Assembly (NCBI GenBank): GCA_001770205.1
Contig: MEQL01000050.1
Coordinates: forward strand, 1-64,000
Origin: Bdellovibrionales bacterium RIFOXYD12_FULL_39_22
Lineage (GTDB): Bacteria > Bdellovibrionota > Bacteriovoracia > Bacteriovoracales > Bacteriovoracaceae
Direction of reading: 5' to 3'
Length of the DNA: 64,000 nucleotides
The notes under the pieces are model-generated. The model was given only the letters and a program-made list of their open reading frames with translations. It ran no database searches and was not told the DNA's origin. Position numbers and translations under genes: made by a program. Shown piece after piece: positions 18,575 to 28,600 of this stretch (within the stretch, counting starts at the first letter, position 1; the number at the start of each line of letters is the position of its first letter).

Positions 18575-19603
18575 TTGCCAAAGAGAAAAAGAGAAAATTT
18601 GGATAAGAAACAGCAAGAGGCCTTTGCTAACGAGTATAAGGGAAATCTTTTTGAATATTTGATCGGATCGTTGCTGGCCCGTTATTTTAAGATTGAATCA
18701 CTTTTTGTAAAATCCATAGAATCAACCTATCGACAACGTTTAATGAAGTATGAAGAGAATCTGCGGGCCAGTCACCCCTTGCTGCCTGCGCAATTGCAAC
18801 TTTTAGCAAAAAAGACAGTGGAATCAGTGATTGAAAAAAAAGAACTGTTACCGGCCAGAGTGGATGCTATCTTATTAACCGGTAAAATAATCTCATCACA
18901 GACGGAGGCCGTTGACGATTTACAGGAAGCAGATTTGGTATTGGTGTCGGGATCTTCTAAAATTCCCGTCAGCATAAAACTTACCAAGGATGGAGCATTT
19001 GTTAACACTAAAAGTGGGGGAGTGCGTACATTTATTGAAAAATATTTTGCTAGTTTTTCTTCGGCCGCTAAATTTCAGGAGGAACTAAATAATGTTTTAG
19101 AGAGAAGTTTTTTTGAAATGGCCCATCTTCTGCACGAGATGGCCGGCCTAGAGTTTAAAGGAAGTTTTGATGTTGAATGGCGTGAGGCCGGACTACCACT
19201 GTTGCCAGGCCAGCTGCCAGAGAAGATGAGTATGGTAGTGTTGGCATATTATAATAAGTTGACAGAGGTAATATATCGAGGGGTCAATAGCTTCTATCAG
19301 GAAGATGTCGAGAAATTTCTTTCTTGCTTGATGCCAATTGTGGGCCTGGGCAATAAACAAATGTTGCAGGTCAAATGTTTTTATAGCGGTGAGTTATATA
19401 ATTATCGACAAACAATTATTCATTCTTATGACAAGGTTTTTACGGATAACGTAGGCGGACGAGCTTTAAGGATTGATTCGCTTTCGACTGGGAGTGGCCT
19501 ATTTGAAATTGCTTTGCACGGTATGCGCTTACAGATTCGAGTTAAGCCCATGAATCAATTTGTGCAACCATCTTTGAAGGTGAATTGTTCCGTGAGGTAC
19601 TAA
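18572..19603 (+). CDS. Orphan PD-(D/E)XK restriction-endonuclease-like protein, possibly a distant HaeIII-family member
   Basis: KGNLFEY (E28), ADLVLV (D121), PVSIK (S134-K136) and C-terminal LQIRVKPMNQFVQPSLKVN. The 343-aa CDS is solid; the family call is by recalled motif similarity only. Confidence 0.6.
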   Translation: MLPKRKRENLDKKQQEAFANEYKGNLFEYLIGSLLARYFKIESLFVKSIESTYRQRLMKYEENLRASHPLLPAQLQLLAKKTVESVIEKKELLPARVDAILLTGKIISSQTEAVDDLQEADLVLVSGSSKIPVSIKLTKDGAFVNTKSGGVRTFIEKYFASFSSAAKFQEELNNVLERSFFEMAHLLHEMAGLEFKGSFDVEWREAGLPLLPGQLPEKMSMVVLAYYNKLTEVIYRGVNSFYQEDVEKFLSCLMPIVGLGNKQMLQVKCFYSGELYNYRQTIIHSYDKVFTDNVGGRALRIDSLSTGSGLFEIALHGMRLQIRVKPMNQFVQPSLKVNCSVRY

Positions 19604-19784
19604 ATTATGGTTAATTAGTTATCCCTCTCTCTACGACCTTGTCGGAGTAGCTTTAAATCCATACGAAAAATAACATCTTTAAAATCTAAAATTACTTCAC
19701 TAGATGCTTGACTTCACTTCTGTAGGAAGAATAGGATTATACAGAGATCACTTAATATTTATTGCGTTGATTTGGGTATTCAAT

Positions 19785-22100
19785 TTGAAAAAGGATCTTT
19801 TAAAGAATATCTCCATTGCCGTTGTCTGTGCACTGGTGGCGTCAATAATCCTCCTTATTGCAGTTGACTCTTATCTAATAAATCAGGCCGAAAAGAATAT
19901 AGAAAATTTATTACTTTCACATAAAGGAATTCACCAGTATGTGCAGCAAGATTTAATTCCATCTTTGGCCAAATATAAGAAAGGAAAAAAAATAGTTGAA
20001 GATTTTTATGCCCCAGAACTTTTTTCATCTTCTTATATAGTTCGCATGCAACACCAATACTATAACCAAGAATTAAAAAATATAGGCCACTCGGAGTTAT
20101 ATTACAAAATGGCCGCCAAGAATCCACGCAATGCAGTTAATCAGGCCTCGGAAATGGAGGTTGCCTTAATTGATAAATTTAATCGTGATCGTTCGCTAAA
20201 ACGTTATAGCGATGTGATAAAAGTTAACGGGGCTCGCTTTCTCTACACTGCCATTCCGTTTCTAGAAAATAAAGAGCAGTGTCTTAATTGTCACGGCAAG
20301 AGAGAGGCCGCACCACGAGATTTGCAGGCAAGATATGCCGATAGCGGAGGATGGGAAGAGAAATTAGGAGAGATTCGTGCGATTACTTCAATTATGGCCC
20401 CTCTTGAATATGACCGACATAACTTTTCCCTTTTTATATTCCTCTTTTCTGCGGGAACAGGGATTTTTGCGTTAGCGATGTTGGCACTTTTTAATCGACA
20501 ACTTAGTCAGGAAGTTAGTCAGGCCGTTGATCAGATAAAGGACGATGAAAAAAAATTCCGAAATTTTTTAGATTCTACTGCTAGTGCACCGTGGGAGTTA
20601 GATCTTGGGAGCGGCAAGTTTACCATGATGGGAGCGCAAATTGAAGTGATGTTGGGATATCCGACATCATCTTGGAAGCATATGGACGACTGGACTGGCC
20701 ATTTACATCCTGAAGATCGAGAGGGAGCTTTGGCATTTTGCAAAATGGAGACGGCCGCCGGAAGAGATCATGATTTTATTTATCGAATGATTAACCAAAA
20801 TGGTTCTGTGCGCTGGATTAGAGATATTGTTTCGGTGGTTAGTGGAAAAGATAAAATACCTAGTAAGCTAGTTGGCTTCATGCAAGATATTACCGCTCAA
20901 AAAGAGTTAGAGGCAGATAAAGAGAGATTAACGGCGCAATTGGTACACACGCAAAAATTGGAGGCCATTGGTACCTTGGCCGGAGGTATTGCTCACGATT
21001 TTAATAATATCCTAAGCGTTATTTTAGGCCATGCAGATTTGGCCAAAATGGATGTTCCTCGCCATAGCAACGCTTTAAATTCAATTGAGCAAATTAGAGT
21101 GGCCGGGAAGAGAGCGGCCGATTTAGTGCGACAAATTTTAACTTTTAGTCGACAATCTTCAACCGAGAAAAAACTTTTTAATCCTTCCTCCATAATCAAG
21201 GAGGCACTAAAAATGTTGAGGGCATCTATTCCTTCGACAATAGATATCGTGGTGGATATTAACCCAAATTGTGGCCTTATCAATGCCAATCCCACTCAGT
21301 TACATCAGGTGGTAATGAACGTTTGTACAAATGCTTTTCATGCCATGGAAAAAAAAGGTGGGATACTTAGAGTTGAGTTTCATCTTGCAGATGATAATTT
21401 GATTGAACGATTGAAAAAAAATAGCGCCTTGCTTCCGGGTAAATATTTAGAAATTTTGGTCTCAGATACCGGACATGGGATTAGGCCAGAAATTATTCAC
21501 AAGATTTTTGATCCTTTTTTTACAACTAAAGAACAGGGGAAGGGAACCGGCCTGGGACTCTCTTCCGCCTACGGAATAATTAAAGATTTAGGTGGGATGG
21601 TAACTGTAGAGAGTGAAGTAGATAAGGGAAGCTCCTTTCACATTTTGATACCAATTTGTAATTCTGCGGAGCAAGTTGAGGCAAGTGAGCAGGAGGCAGA
21701 GCTTCCTCGCGGAAATGAGCGCTTACTGTTTGTTGATGATGAGCCACTTTTGCTGGAAATGGGAAAATCTATTTTGGAGAGATTTGGCTATTCAGTGACG
21801 GCATGTCAATGTGGGTTGGAGGCGTTAGAGTTATTTATAAAGAGGCCTGCTGATTTTGACCTAGTAATTACCGATCAAACAATGCCAGGGATGACGGGAT
21901 TTGAATTGGCCGAGCGGATAATAAAAATCAATTCTCAAGTTCCCATCATTCTTTGCACTGGCCATAGCGAAGGCCTTACTCGCGAACTTACAAAACGTCA
22001 CGGTATAGTAGAGTTTGCTCTTAAACCACTTACTCGGGAGATGTTGGCAAAATTAGTGCGAGAAGCATTAGATAGCAAAAACGCCGGCCGTCCTGGGTAA
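19785..22100 (+). CDS. Hybrid sensor kinase: periplasmic DUF3365/Tll0287-like domain with CXXCH, PAS/PAC, HisKA, HATPase_c, receiver
   Basis: CLNCH, LHPEDR, GTLAGGIAHDFNNIL, FDPFFTTK, GTGLGL, LFVDDE...ITDQTMP. TTG 19785 is preferred because a TTGACT-18-TAGGAT promoter-like site (19708-19737) lies inside the longer ORF. Confidence 0.92.
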   Translation: MKKDLLKNISIAVVCALVASIILLIAVDSYLINQAEKNIENLLLSHKGIHQYVQQDLIPSLAKYKKGKKIVEDFYAPELFSSSYIVRMQHQYYNQELKNIGHSELYYKMAAKNPRNAVNQASEMEVALIDKFNRDRSLKRYSDVIKVNGARFLYTAIPFLENKEQCLNCHGKREAAPRDLQARYADSGGWEEKLGEIRAITSIMAPLEYDRHNFSLFIFLFSAGTGIFALAMLALFNRQLSQEVSQAVDQIKDDEKKFRNFLDSTASAPWELDLGSGKFTMMGAQIEVMLGYPTSSWKHMDDWTGHLHPEDREGALAFCKMETAAGRDHDFIYRMINQNGSVRWIRDIVSVVSGKDKIPSKLVGFMQDITAQKELEADKERLTAQLVHTQKLEAIGTLAGGIAHDFNNILSVILGHADLAKMDVPRHSNALNSIEQIRVAGKRAADLVRQILTFSRQSSTEKKLFNPSSIIKEALKMLRASIPSTIDIVVDINPNCGLINANPTQLHQVVMNVCTNAFHAMEKKGGILRVEFHLADDNLIERLKKNSALLPGKYLEILVSDTGHGIRPEIIHKIFDPFFTTKEQGKGTGLGLSSAYGIIKDLGGMVTVESEVDKGSSFHILIPICNSAEQVEASEQEAELPRGNERLLFVDDEPLLLEMGKSILERFGYSVTACQCGLEALELFIKRPADFDLVITDQTMPGMTGFELAERIIKINSQVPIILCTGHSEGLTRELTKRHGIVEFALKPLTREMLAKLVREALDSKNAGRPG

Positions 22101-23468
22101 ATAACGGCCTCTTCCTTTTTGTATTCGACATTGACCTTGTACGACGGCCAACTGGCCCTGGGCCACAATGGTGTGACACTTTCCAGTAACATTTACTCCT
22201 TCATAGGGAGAGTAGTCACAGAGAGAATGTAGATTTTTATAAGTTATAGTGTGTTTTTTTTCTGGATCAAAAATAACCAGATCCGCATCAGCGCCTCTGG
22301 CAATAAGGCCTTTTTTTGGATAGAGTCCAAAAATTTTTGCCGGATTAGAAGAGGTTAGTTGTACAAAACGAGAAAGAGGCATGTTGCGTTTGATCACTCC
22401 TTCAGAAAATAAAAGTTCCATTCGATTTTCTACTCCCGGAATGCCGTTGGGAATTTGGGTGAAATTATTAATTCCACGCCTTTTATCTTTTAACCAAAAG
22501 GGGCAATGATCGGTGGCCACCGTAGAAATCGTGCCTTCTTCTAAACCTTGCCATAATCCGACACAATCGGCAGGAGAACGCAGCGGTGGACTTAGAATGT
22601 ATTTTGCCGCTTCATCAAAAGTTTGCTTTGAATAGTGAGAGTTGTCTAATAGCAGATATTGTGGACATGTTTCGGCCAGGAGAGGAATGCCCAATTTTTT
22701 TGCCGCTGCTATTTTGGCCAATCCTTCTTGTGAACTGAGATGAACTATATAGCAGGGGACTTGGTATTTATGAGATAAATTAATTGCCTTTTCAATTGCG
22801 GTAACTTCTGCAGCAATTGGGCGTGAGAGATGGTGAAATTGAGGCCCACTCATTTGGCCTTTGATAAGTTGTTTGATGTTTTCGTTGATAGTCTCTCCCA
22901 CTTCAGCGTGTAGCGTGATAAGAAATCCTAGTTTGGCAGATAGTGCAAAAAGTGTCGAAAATTCTTCTAGCGTTAGTCGCATGTTATCGTAGGCCATAAA
23001 GGTTTTAAAGGAAGTCACCCCTTCTTTCATTAGGTGTATAATCTCTTCTTCCGTAGATGAGTCGATTTGCGTTAGAGAAACATGAAAGGCGTAATCAATA
23101 TGGCAGTTATTTTTTGCTAACTTCATCCAGTGCTCGAAAGCGGAAATAGCGGTTTCTCCTTTGGTTTGATTGGCAAAATCAATAAGGGTGGTGGTTCCAC
23201 CGTGAAGTGCTGCCAGCGTACCGCTCTCAAAAGAGTCGGATGCTGTAAAATCTTTTATGGGAAGATCCAAATGCGTATGAACATCCACTCCTCCTGGGAA
23301 GAGGTACATATTGCGAGCGTCGATTATTTGGGTTTGGGCGGTTGCTAAATTTTTGGCATTTGCTCCCACTTCGCAAATTATGCCATTTTCGATAAATAGA
23401 TCACTGGCCATAAAATTGACACTGTCGCTGTTTACAATTTTACCATTGGTGATAAGAAGGGATTCCAT
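22068..23468 (-). CDS. hydA: Dihydropyrimidinase / D-hydantoinase
   Basis: PGGVDVHTH, GGTTT, SFKTFMAY (carbamylated Lys), LHAE, YIVHLSS, ETCPQYL, SPPLR and TDHCPF. Convergent 33-bp overlap with the kinase. Confidence 0.93.
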   Translation of the reverse strand: MESLLITNGKIVNSDSVNFMASDLFIENGIICEVGANAKNLATAQTQIIDARNMYLFPGGVDVHTHLDLPIKDFTASDSFESGTLAALHGGTTTLIDFANQTKGETAISAFEHWMKLAKNNCHIDYAFHVSLTQIDSSTEEEIIHLMKEGVTSFKTFMAYDNMRLTLEEFSTLFALSAKLGFLITLHAEVGETINENIKQLIKGQMSGPQFHHLSRPIAAEVTAIEKAINLSHKYQVPCYIVHLSSQEGLAKIAAAKKLGIPLLAETCPQYLLLDNSHYSKQTFDEAAKYILSPPLRSPADCVGLWQGLEEGTISTVATDHCPFWLKDKRRGINNFTQIPNGIPGVENRMELLFSEGVIKRNMPLSRFVQLTSSNPAKIFGLYPKKGLIARGADADLVIFDPEKKHTITYKNLHSLCDYSPYEGVNVTGKCHTIVAQGQLAVVQGQCRIQKGRGRYLPRTAGVFAI

Positions 23469-23558
23469 AAGTTGTACTCCGAAATTGGTAGAGGGGGGGA
23501 TATCTCTCTTTTTGTTTTATATTATCCCAAAATTGAAACAATTCAAATGAACTATTCA

Positions 23559-23580
23559 TACAATCGATTGCTACAATCGA
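23559..23580. promoter_or_regulatory. Candidate operator in the divergent hydA intergenic region
   Basis: Palindrome caatcgattg (23561-23570) within a tacaatcga direct repeat; the central CG is LacI-operator-like. Confidence 0.25.
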
Positions 23581-23629
23581 GAAAACATTTGTTCCCAGCG
23601 TTTTGTTCCTGGGAGGTGGGGGAGGCGTA

Positions 23630-24079
23630 ATGAATTTTTTAACTCAAAGTGCCTTGACAGTTGTATCGTTTGTTATTTTTTTGTTTCCACTAACTTCTGT
23701 GGCCATTTGCCGAATCGAGATGCGTGATACCATTTTTGAGGGAGAAGTCGATCGAAATGTATCGGTAGTGGAGGTTCGAAAAGTCTCCGCTCCTGGCGAT
23801 CGTCTTACGAGTTACGTCGTGAAGGATAAGTCAAGTTTAGTGGATGAGTGGAGCGAATCGGTCAGTATCACTAACGATAGTGTTAGGGAAATTGTTTTTG
23901 ATTCAGATCACATAGATGTCTACACCGTTCCCTATAACGTTGATCAACTGCTTAATAGGTATCAGATGGAGGATTCGGGGACAGTGTCATTTAAGGTGGC
24001 GCGCGGATCTTCCTGTTCGACGCTAGAGAAATCTTTAGCTTATTTTTTTGTGGTAGAACTTTTTTATCGGGATATGTGA
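23630..24079 (+). CDS. Secreted hypothetical protein
   Basis: ATG 23630 follows GGAGG, signal-peptide-like N-terminus, two Cys. Confidence 0.7.
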   Translation: MNFLTQSALTVVSFVIFLFPLTSVAICRIEMRDTIFEGEVDRNVSVVEVRKVSAPGDRLTSYVVKDKSSLVDEWSESVSITNDSVREIVFDSDHIDVYTVPYNVDQLLNRYQMEDSGTVSFKVARGSSCSTLEKSLAYFFVVELFYRDM

Positions 24080-24114
24080 TTAAAAAATGTGATCTGAAAG
24101 AGGAGCGTGGTTGT

Positions 24115-24339
24115 ATGAGTAGAAGTTTTCCGAAAGTGTTGGTGGTAGATGATGATCCGAATATTCTGGCCGTAGTTCCTAGGTATCTGTTGCCGCAAGG
24201 AATCAAGACGGAAGTGGCCACTCAGATTGTTGATCTTTGTGACTGTTTTGTGGATAAGATTCGTCTTAAAAATAGTTTGGCCCAGGCAACTTTTAAGGCC
24301 ATTGAGCGTTTTGCTTCAGAGAACCGATTGGCCGCTTGA
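24115..24339 (+). pseudogene. Truncated or internally deleted response-regulator receiver domain
   Basis: KVLVVDDDPNIL...GIKTEVAT is joined to a CDCFVDK segment (GADDY..K-like). The beta3 phospho-Asp segment is missing. 74 aa, AGGAG ribosome-binding site. Confidence 0.55.
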
Positions 24340-24370
24340 TAATTGGCGGTAAATATGTTCACATACCTTC

Positions 24371-25612
24371 ATGTTTAGATTTATGATTTTTCTTCAGATC
24401 ACTTTGTTGACGGCCTCGGCCAGTTTATTGGCGCAGCTGACAACTCTTCCAGAACTTTATAAAAAAGCAGCAACCTCCGCAGCAACTATTGCAATGAGTG
24501 AGAGTCGAATAGCACAAAAAGATGCTAAGCTGGAGCAAATAAAAGGCGAATATTTGCCAATGGTTTCTTTGGCAACCAATTATGCGATAGAAGATGGTGC
24601 CCATCAGGGAAAGATTGCGCTCTCTCAGTCGCTTTATAATGGTGGAAAAAGTTTAGCTTCGTGGCAGATAGTAAAAATTGAAAAAAAATTAGAAGAGTAT
24701 AATTTTTTGAAAGCGCAAGTAAAACTCTATTTAGAAGTTGCCACTGCCTTTTTCAAATATCACTCTGCCGGGCAAGATATGATAAATTTACAGGCCTCAA
24801 TTGAGCTTACTAATAAACGTTTAATGGAACTCAAGCAGCGTCGTGCCATTGGGCGATCTCGCCAAGGTGAAGTTTTAATGGCCGAATCTCAATTATATAT
24901 TGCGAAGTCTCAGATCTCTCTTGCACAGGGACAGCAGGGCGAGGCCCAGCGGGCCTTGCAATTACTAACGAATATATCTTCCGATGAACTTACTATGGGA
25001 GGAAGTTTTTCAGAGAAATTGGAAGAGGTAAAAGACGTAGAGGAATATTTATCGAAGATCGATGCTCATCCAGAGGTCGTGGCGCAAACGCTAGATTATG
25101 AATTGAAAATTAAGGCCCAAAGCAAGGTGCAAAAAGGGCATTATCCGAAAGTCGATTTAATTGGAAATTATTATCTCTGGCGCAGTGATACTTCTGGCGG
25201 GGTAACTAGTGGCAATGATGATTGGGATTTGTCCCTGGGTATTTCATTGCCGCTTTACAGTGGAGGGACGACTGCGGCGCAAGTTAAGGAGACCTCCGCA
25301 CAGGCGGTAGAAAGTAAGTGGCAATTAGAAGAGACAAAAAAGGTACTTCGTTTTAATATAAAAAATCGCTATGAGAGTCTAAAAAATTTGCGACAGCAAT
25401 TATTGTTATTAGAGCAAGCGCTATTGGCCGCGGAGAAAAATTATAAAGAGCAAGAACGAGATTATCACCATTCGCTCGTTACTACGCTGGAACTGTTACA
25501 GGCGGTGAATAGTTATCAAGAGGCCAAGCGTTCCATGGATAAAATGAAATTTCAAACGTTCTTGGCATTAGAGGAATTGAAGGCCGCGGCCTTTGAAATT
25601 CCCCAGTTTTGA
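24371..25612 (+). CDS. TolC-family outer-membrane efflux protein
   Basis: Signal peptide and two OEP repeats (YLPMVSL...SQSLYNGG; YPKVDL...SLPLYSGG). Confidence 0.9.
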   Translation: MFRFMIFLQITLLTASASLLAQLTTLPELYKKAATSAATIAMSESRIAQKDAKLEQIKGEYLPMVSLATNYAIEDGAHQGKIALSQSLYNGGKSLASWQIVKIEKKLEEYNFLKAQVKLYLEVATAFFKYHSAGQDMINLQASIELTNKRLMELKQRRAIGRSRQGEVLMAESQLYIAKSQISLAQGQQGEAQRALQLLTNISSDELTMGGSFSEKLEEVKDVEEYLSKIDAHPEVVAQTLDYELKIKAQSKVQKGHYPKVDLIGNYYLWRSDTSGGVTSGNDDWDLSLGISLPLYSGGTTAAQVKETSAQAVESKWQLEETKKVLRFNIKNRYESLKNLRQQLLLLEQALLAAEKNYKEQERDYHHSLVTTLELLQAVNSYQEAKRSMDKMKFQTFLALEELKAAAFEIPQF

Positions 25613-25626
25613 TTTGGAGTCTAAAA

Positions 25627-28600
25627 TTGAATTCGTCATTTTCACTATCTGCTATTGCTATTAGAAACCATGTTTTTTCTTGGATGCTAATGTTAGGACT
25701 TATCCTTTTTGGGGCCATCTCTTTTTCTGAAATGGGAGTTAGTCAGATGCCCGATGTCGATTCTCCCATGGTTAATATTAGCATGAGCTTAGAAGGTGCT
25801 TCGCCAGAAGTTATGGAAATTGATGTTGTTGATGAGATAGAAAGCTCTCTTTCTGCAGTATCCGGAATTAAGTCAATGTCTTCAAGTGCCCGAGTGGGAA
25901 GTGCTTCGATTACTTTGGAGTTTGATTTAGACAAAGACATAGATGTTGCCGTACAGGAGATTCAGACGGTACTAAGTAAAATCCAGCGTCGTTTACCAGA
26001 CGGAATGGATCCTCCTTCTATACGTAAATCTAATCCGGAAGACCAACCCATTTTGTGGATTAGTGCTAGTTCTTCTAAAATGTCTAAGTATGATTTGATG
26101 ACGCTAGTACGAGACAGAGTACAAAATCGTTTTTCAACTTTGGAAGGAGTTGCCGAAGTAAATTTGATGGGACTTCCAGATCCCTATTTGCGAGTATGGT
26201 TATCAGAAAAAAAACTTGATCAATATCAACTTACAGTAAGTGATGTAATCAATACTATTGAAAGTGAGCATTTTGAGCGCCCTGGTGGACGTATTGCCGA
26301 TGAGCGGCGAGAGTTAAATATTCGCACTAAAGGAGAAGCGACTTCGTTAGAGGATTTTCAAAATATTACCATCAATAAACGTGGTGGCTCGCTTATCTAT
26401 ACCCCGATTGCCCTGAAAGAGGTGACGGCAATTGAAGTGGGAACGGAAGAAATTCGTAATGTCAGTCGAGCACAGGGAGAGTCGGCCATTGGTATCGGAA
26501 TAAAAAAGAGGCCTGGTTCTAATGCGGTCAAAGTTGCTAAGGCCGTTAAAAAGCAGATTGCCTTACTGACTAAGGAGTTACCCGTAGGAGTGGAGTTGGC
26601 CATTCGCTTCGATAACACTATCTTTATTGAAGAATCTATTTCGGAGTTAAATTTTACATTGGTATTATCGGCAATTTTAACTTCGCTGGTTTGTTGGCTT
26701 TTTTTGGGTTCATTTTCTTCTACGATAAATATTGTTCTGGCCATTCCGACCTCGGTTATTGGCTCTTTTATTTTTTTGCGCCTTTTTGGTTTTACTTTGA
26801 ACACGTTTACGTTACTGGGATTATCTTTGGCCATTGGAGTAGTCGTTGATGATGCCATTATGGTTTTGGAAAATATCGTTCGCCATAAACAGATGGGAAA
26901 AAACAAAGTTAAGGCCGCGCTTGATGGCTCTCAAGAGATTTGGTTGGCGGCCATTGCTACTACCGCGGCAATTATGGCCATCTTTATTCCGGTGGCCTTT
27001 ATGGACGGAATTATTGGTAAATACTTTTTACAATTTGGAGTAACTTTATCGGTGGCCGTCGCTTTGTCATTGCTGGAAGCGATTACTCTTACTCCTATGC
27101 GCTGCTCTCGTTTTTTAGAAGTGGCCCCTCGGCGTTCGCTGCTTGGGCGAATGATGGAGAGCACCATTTTAATATCTACTACTGGGTATAAGAATGCTTT
27201 GACAAAAATATTAAACTATCCTGTTCTTGCCATTGTTGTGGCCTCTTTGTTTTTTGCCTCTACTTTGTGGATTGGAAAGATTTTAAAAAAGGAGTTTGTT
27301 CCTGAACAAGATCAAGGACGTTTAATGATTCGAATCAAAACGCCAGTGGGATCTTCCTTCGCTTTCACGGATCAAAAGGTTAAGGCCGTGGAAGAATATT
27401 TGGCCACACAACCAGACATTAAAAGCTATTTTACTTCCTCCGGAGGACATGGTGGAGGGGGTGTTAACTCGGGTATGGCCTTTGTTACTTTTGTGGATCA
27501 AGACAAAAGAAAGCATTCACTAAAAAAACTGCAAGAAATTTTTCGAGAGGATTTAAAAAAAATCAAAGGGGCCCGCATTAATATTCAAAATCCATCTATG
27601 TCTTTTACCGGTGGACGTGGTGGTTTTCCTGTAGAGTTTTCGTTACGAGGGCCAGACTGGAATCAACTTATTATCTATGCCAAGCGGATGACGCAAGCGT
27701 TGGAGGAGAGTGGAAAGTTAGTCGATGTTGATACTAATTTTGAAGATGGAATGCCGGAAGTGCAGGTTATTCCAAATAGAGAACGCGCACGGGCCCGCGG
27801 GGTAGAAATTGCAGATATTTCACAAATTATTAGTACCATGATGGGAAATGCGGTGGCCGGCAAGTATTCCAAGGATGGCCGTCGATTTGATATAGTTGTC
27901 GGTTTGCCACTGTCGGATAAGATTTCGATAGAGGCCATTAAAAGAATAAAAATCCGCAATAATCGGGGAGAACTTATTCGTTTATCTGAAGTGGTTGAGG
28001 TAGTGGAGACCACAGGATTGCAGGCCATTTCTCGCGAAGATCACCAGCGGGCCATCTCTATTTGGAGCAATATTGCGCAAGGAAGTTCGCAGGCGGAAGC
28101 TATATCTGAGGTACAAAAAATTGCCAAGCAACTTTTGCCAGAGGGGTATTTTGTGGCCATGTCTGGAAGTGCAAAAACTTTTGGAGAATCTTTTTCTAGC
28201 TTAATTTTTGCGCTTCTTTTTGGAATTGTAATTTCTTATATGATATTGGGGTCTCAGTTTAATAGTTTTATTCACCCGTTGACGATTTTAGTGGCCTTGC
28301 CTTTTAGTGTTTCAGGGGCGTTTATTGCACTCCTAATGGGCGGCCAATCTCTTAACGTTTATAGCATGATCGGACTAATTTTATTAATGGGTATTGTGAA
28401 GAAAAATTCTATTTTGCTGGTGGAATTTACCAATCAGTTAAAAGAGAGAGGCCGTTCTACTCACGAGGCATTACTGGAGGCCTGCCCAATTCGTCTACGC
28501 CCTATTCTTATGACTTCTATTTCTACTGTAGTCGGGGCCATTCCACCGGCCTTGGCCATAGGGCCTGGGGCCGAGAGTAGAATACCGATGGCCATTGCAG

